From positions 1,984,001 to 2,048,000 of the forward strand of contig OZ244057.1 in assembly GCA_965215515.1 (NCBI GenBank): 64,000 nt of DNA. The letters run 5' to 3'. Below the pieces are notes generated by a model. It saw only the letters and a program-made list of their open reading frames with translations, had not been told where the DNA came from and did not search any database. This document shows positions 60,824-64,000 of the stretch, piece after piece. Position 1 is the stretch's first letter. Each line of letters begins with the position of its first letter. The position numbers and the translations under genes were made by a program. Source of the stretch: Oligoflexales bacterium. Its GTDB lineage: Bacteria > Bdellovibrionota_B > Oligoflexia > Oligoflexales > JAPPIL01.

Positions 60824-61504
60824 ATGCAAAATGACGAAGCAACAGTTATCACGCGTCTACCGCCACCGCCTAGCCGTGTTACGGGAAGAGCAAAAGTGCT
60901 ATCATTAGTAGCACTGCTGTTCATGGTGGTAGGCAGTATCGGTCTTGACCAGGCCAGCAAAGTCATGGCGGAACAACAACTGATGGTCTGGCAACACAAC
61001 GATAACCTGAAGATGTACCAAGGGCGACCGCATCGTGTCTGGTCGAACACCCCCACCCCGCCCGCACGCGGTAGCGCTGAGCTGTACCTCTATTTCGGTT
61101 TCAACTACGTTCGCAACCAAGGTGCTGCCTGGGGCATGTTGTCCGACCTGGACGATAAACTGCGCGTGCCGTTTTTCTACGGGATGACAGCATTGGCGGT
61201 GTTTATCATTCTCTTCTACCTGAAGGTGACTCCCTTCGGACACCGTTTCGCACGACTAGCGCTGGCTTTGATTCTGTCGGGAGCACTGGGTAATTTCATC
61301 GATCGAGTGCGAGTCGGTTACGTCATCGACTGGATCGATGTGCGTTGGAACGTCTTCGGCTGGTCATACAGTTTCCCCAATTTCAATGTCGCTGACTCCT
61401 GTATAAGTGTGGGGGTTGTCATGCTACTGATCGATGCCACCCTGCTGGAAATTCTGCGCCGCAAGAAAATCAACACCCGCAACGCGTTGTTGGGAATGAG
61501 CTAA
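60824..61504 (+). CDS. lspA: Lipoprotein signal peptidase
   Basis: DQASK, NQGAAWG, GALGNFIDR, VIDWI, FNVADS. Confidence 0.95.
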   Translation: MQNDEATVITRLPPPPSRVTGRAKVLSLVALLFMVVGSIGLDQASKVMAEQQLMVWQHNDNLKMYQGRPHRVWSNTPTPPARGSAELYLYFGFNYVRNQGAAWGMLSDLDDKLRVPFFYGMTALAVFIILFYLKVTPFGHRFARLALALILSGALGNFIDRVRVGYVIDWIDVRWNVFGWSYSFPNFNVADSCISVGVVMLLIDATLLEILRRKKINTRNALLGMS

Positions 61505-63973
61505 ATGTCACAGCACCTGCTAAAAAGCTCCACCGTCAAAGTTGCCGAACTGCTCCAGCGAGTAGTGATGGAACTGTCCAACCTACGCCGCGGCGTGATT
61601 ACTGCCGAGTTTGTCCTGATGGGGCTGGTCGAACAGAAAGATTCCATCGTCCTGAAAATTTTTGACGAGCTACGGCTTGCCTCCGCCGAATTGCGCCGCA
61701 AAATCGTCGATGTGGCGATGGAACAAGCCAGCACCCTGCCTTCCCTGGAGTTTGAACAGGCAGGTAGCATGCAAGTCACACAAGACGTACAAAACCTATT
61801 CACCGCCGCAGATCGCGAGCGACACAGCTGCGGCGATGCTTACATCTCCACAGGTGCGGTATTTCTCGCTTGCTTCGATCCCTCCGTCCCCAGCACGGCG
61901 CGGCTGTTGCAAGAAATGGGGCTTGAACAGGAAGCTTGCCGCAAAGCCTGGCTAGAAATTCGCGGGCTGAGCAAAATTACCCAGAAGGATGACGAGTCGC
62001 GCCGCGCCCTGCTTGATCAATACACCACTGACATCACCGCCTTGGCTCGTAAAGGCACACTCGACCCCGTACTCAAACGAGAGCGAGAGATTACCCGCGT
62101 CATCGAAATTCTCTCCCGCCGCAAGAAAAACAACCCCGTGCTTATCGGCGAGCCTGGTGTAGGTAAAACGGTCATCGTGGAAGGCTTGGCACAGCAGATC
62201 GCCTCAGGCGACGTGCCCGAGCACCTGCTGAGCAAACGCATTCTTCTCCTAGAAATCGGCACGTTGATCGCGGGAGCGAAGGTGCAAGGCGAATTCGAAG
62301 AACGCCTGAACAACCTCAAAGACGAGGTAATTGCCGCCGCGGGTGAAGTTATTTTGTTTATCGATGAACTGCACACGGTGGTCGGTGCAGGACGCACAGG
62401 GGGAGGACTCGATGCCTCCAACATGCTAAAACCAGCCCTAGCGAAAGGCTTGTTGCAATGTTTGGGAGCGACAACGAGCAAAGAGTACAAGCAATACATC
62501 GAGTCAGACAAAGCACTAGAGAGGAGATTTCAGCCTGTGCGCATCGCCGAGCCGAGCGTAGCACAGACGTTAGCGATTTTGCACGGGTTACGGTCGCGCT
62601 ACGAAGCACACCACCAAATCACCTACGAGGACGAAGCACTGCAAGGAGCGGCAGAGTTGTCGCAACGTTACCTACCCGATCGTTTCTTGCCTGATAAGGC
62701 GATCGACCTGATCGACGAGGCGGGTGCCGCGAAACGTCTGAAAATCGTCTACAATCCGCCCGAATTACGCAAAATGGAAAAAGAACGCAACGATCTGCTC
62801 GCCAAAAAAGCAGAGGCTTTCAACGACAGCGATTTCGAATTAATGTCACGCTACCAGACGAAGATCTCACGCCTAGAAGCAAAGATCAGCAAGGAACGAG
62901 AGAAGTTCAACAAAGAACGCAAGAAGCGCGATACACAAGTTAACAAAGAAGACATCGCCCGTATCGTGCACCGCATGACAGGTATTCCCGTCGCACGCAT
63001 GGTGGCAGAAGAGATTGCCAGACTGAAAGCACTGGAGGAGCGTTTTCGACAACGAGTTATCGGGCAGGAACATGCAATCACTGCCGTCGCCAACGCTATC
63101 CGCCGCAATCGTGCAGGCTTGCGCCGTGTTGAAGCACCGATCGCATCGTTTCTCTTTCTCGGCCCAACGGGGGTAGGGAAGACAGAATTGGCGAAGGCAA
63201 TTGCCGCGGAGATGATGGACAATGAGGCGAACATTATTCGTCTCGACATGTCGGAATACAGCGAACGACATGAGGTAGCCAAGTTGATCGGTTCACCGCC
63301 TGGCTACGTCGGTTACGGCGAAGGCGGACAGCTGACGGAACGTATACGGCATCAGCCCTATGCGGTGGTGTTGTTCGATGAGATTGAAAAGGCACATCCC
63401 GATTTACTCAGCATCATGCTACAGATTCTCGACGAAGGTTGGCTGACTGACGCGGAGGGCACAAAAGTCAGTTTTCAGAACGCAATCGTTGTCGGCACTT
63501 CCAATCTCGGCTCGGCAATCATGACAGAACAAAAGCGCCCCGTGGGTATCGGAGCGCAATCCTTCAGCCGTGACGATGAGCTGCGGGAAATTATGGCTGA
63601 GGTGAAACGCTTTCTGAAACCAGAATTCATCAATCGTCTTGATGAAATAATAATTTTTAACCGCCTGCGTAACGAAGATTTACGCCAGGTGCTTGATTTA
63701 CAGATAAAAGACCTAGCCAAACGCTTGGCTACCAAAGACATCACCTTGAGCCTCGCGAACGCGGTGCAAGATCACATTATCAGTGCGGTCGATACACGCA
63801 ATTATGGTGCACGCCCCTTGCAACGTAAGCTACAACAATTGGTGGAAAACAAAATCGCCGTGCTGTTGATGGATGAGAACACCACAGCTAAGCGACAGAT
63901 CGACGTGGCACTTGATGGCAAAGAAATAACAGTGCGCTTCGTTCAAGCATCCTCCGCACAAGCACGCAAGTAG
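61505..63973 (+). CDS. clpC: ClpC-type AAA+ chaperone
   Basis: Clp-N repeats, GEPGVGKT, short coiled-coil middle domain, GPTGVGKT, IG-type docking loop (VGIGA). Confidence 0.85.
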   Translation: MSQHLLKSSTVKVAELLQRVVMELSNLRRGVITAEFVLMGLVEQKDSIVLKIFDELRLASAELRRKIVDVAMEQASTLPSLEFEQAGSMQVTQDVQNLFTAADRERHSCGDAYISTGAVFLACFDPSVPSTARLLQEMGLEQEACRKAWLEIRGLSKITQKDDESRRALLDQYTTDITALARKGTLDPVLKREREITRVIEILSRRKKNNPVLIGEPGVGKTVIVEGLAQQIASGDVPEHLLSKRILLLEIGTLIAGAKVQGEFEERLNNLKDEVIAAAGEVILFIDELHTVVGAGRTGGGLDASNMLKPALAKGLLQCLGATTSKEYKQYIESDKALERRFQPVRIAEPSVAQTLAILHGLRSRYEAHHQITYEDEALQGAAELSQRYLPDRFLPDKAIDLIDEAGAAKRLKIVYNPPELRKMEKERNDLLAKKAEAFNDSDFELMSRYQTKISRLEAKISKEREKFNKERKKRDTQVNKEDIARIVHRMTGIPVARMVAEEIARLKALEERFRQRVIGQEHAITAVANAIRRNRAGLRRVEAPIASFLFLGPTGVGKTELAKAIAAEMMDNEANIIRLDMSEYSERHEVAKLIGSPPGYVGYGEGGQLTERIRHQPYAVVLFDEIEKAHPDLLSIMLQILDEGWLTDAEGTKVSFQNAIVVGTSNLGSAIMTEQKRPVGIGAQSFSRDDELREIMAEVKRFLKPEFINRLDEIIIFNRLRNEDLRQVLDLQIKDLAKRLATKDITLSLANAVQDHIISAVDTRNYGARPLQRKLQQLVENKIAVLLMDENTTAKRQIDVALDGKEITVRFVQASSAQARK

Positions 63974-64000
63974 TTACGCACCTCCAGCTGCAAACGTGCC

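Overview
Bacterial chromosomal window of roughly 50-55% GC (estimated by eye). The gene content (mevalonate-type GHMP kinase, EpmA, DUF4388-like protein, type IV pilin, secreted subtilases and trypsin, FHA-HD-GYP protein, many orphan lipoproteins) suggests a Bdellovibrionota/Oligoflexia or deltaproteobacterial-like organism; this is inference only. Most of the window is housekeeping: secE-nusG-rplKAJL-rpoBC, metK, ruvAB, epmA, a minus-strand tRNA(Thr-Tyr-Gly-Thr)-tuf operon, an rlmB-like gene, tadA, cysS, clpS-clpA, gmk-relA/spoT, pgi-prmC, fadD, comM/yifB and ddl-lspA-clpC. Main highlights: (1) an AT-rich two-gene islet, a metallo-beta-lactamase ending in Gly coupled to a patatin phospholipase, resembling ubiquitin-like-conjugation defence operons but lacking the E2-E1-JAB gene and flanked by two unannotated gene remnants; (2) three 95-bp tandem tRNA-Gly-derived pseudo-tRNA units inside the tRNA-tuf operon; (3) an intact XerC/D-like ORF missing 5 of 6 catalytic residues, coupled to tadA; (4) a ~1300-aa predicted exported protein with kinase-like motifs after rpoC; (5) window-wide near-absence of CCGG and kb-scale blocks of alternating A+C / G+T strand bias that do not follow gene orientation. 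No CRISPR array, rRNA or intact transposase was seen. All family assignments come from motif recognition by eye, not database searches.
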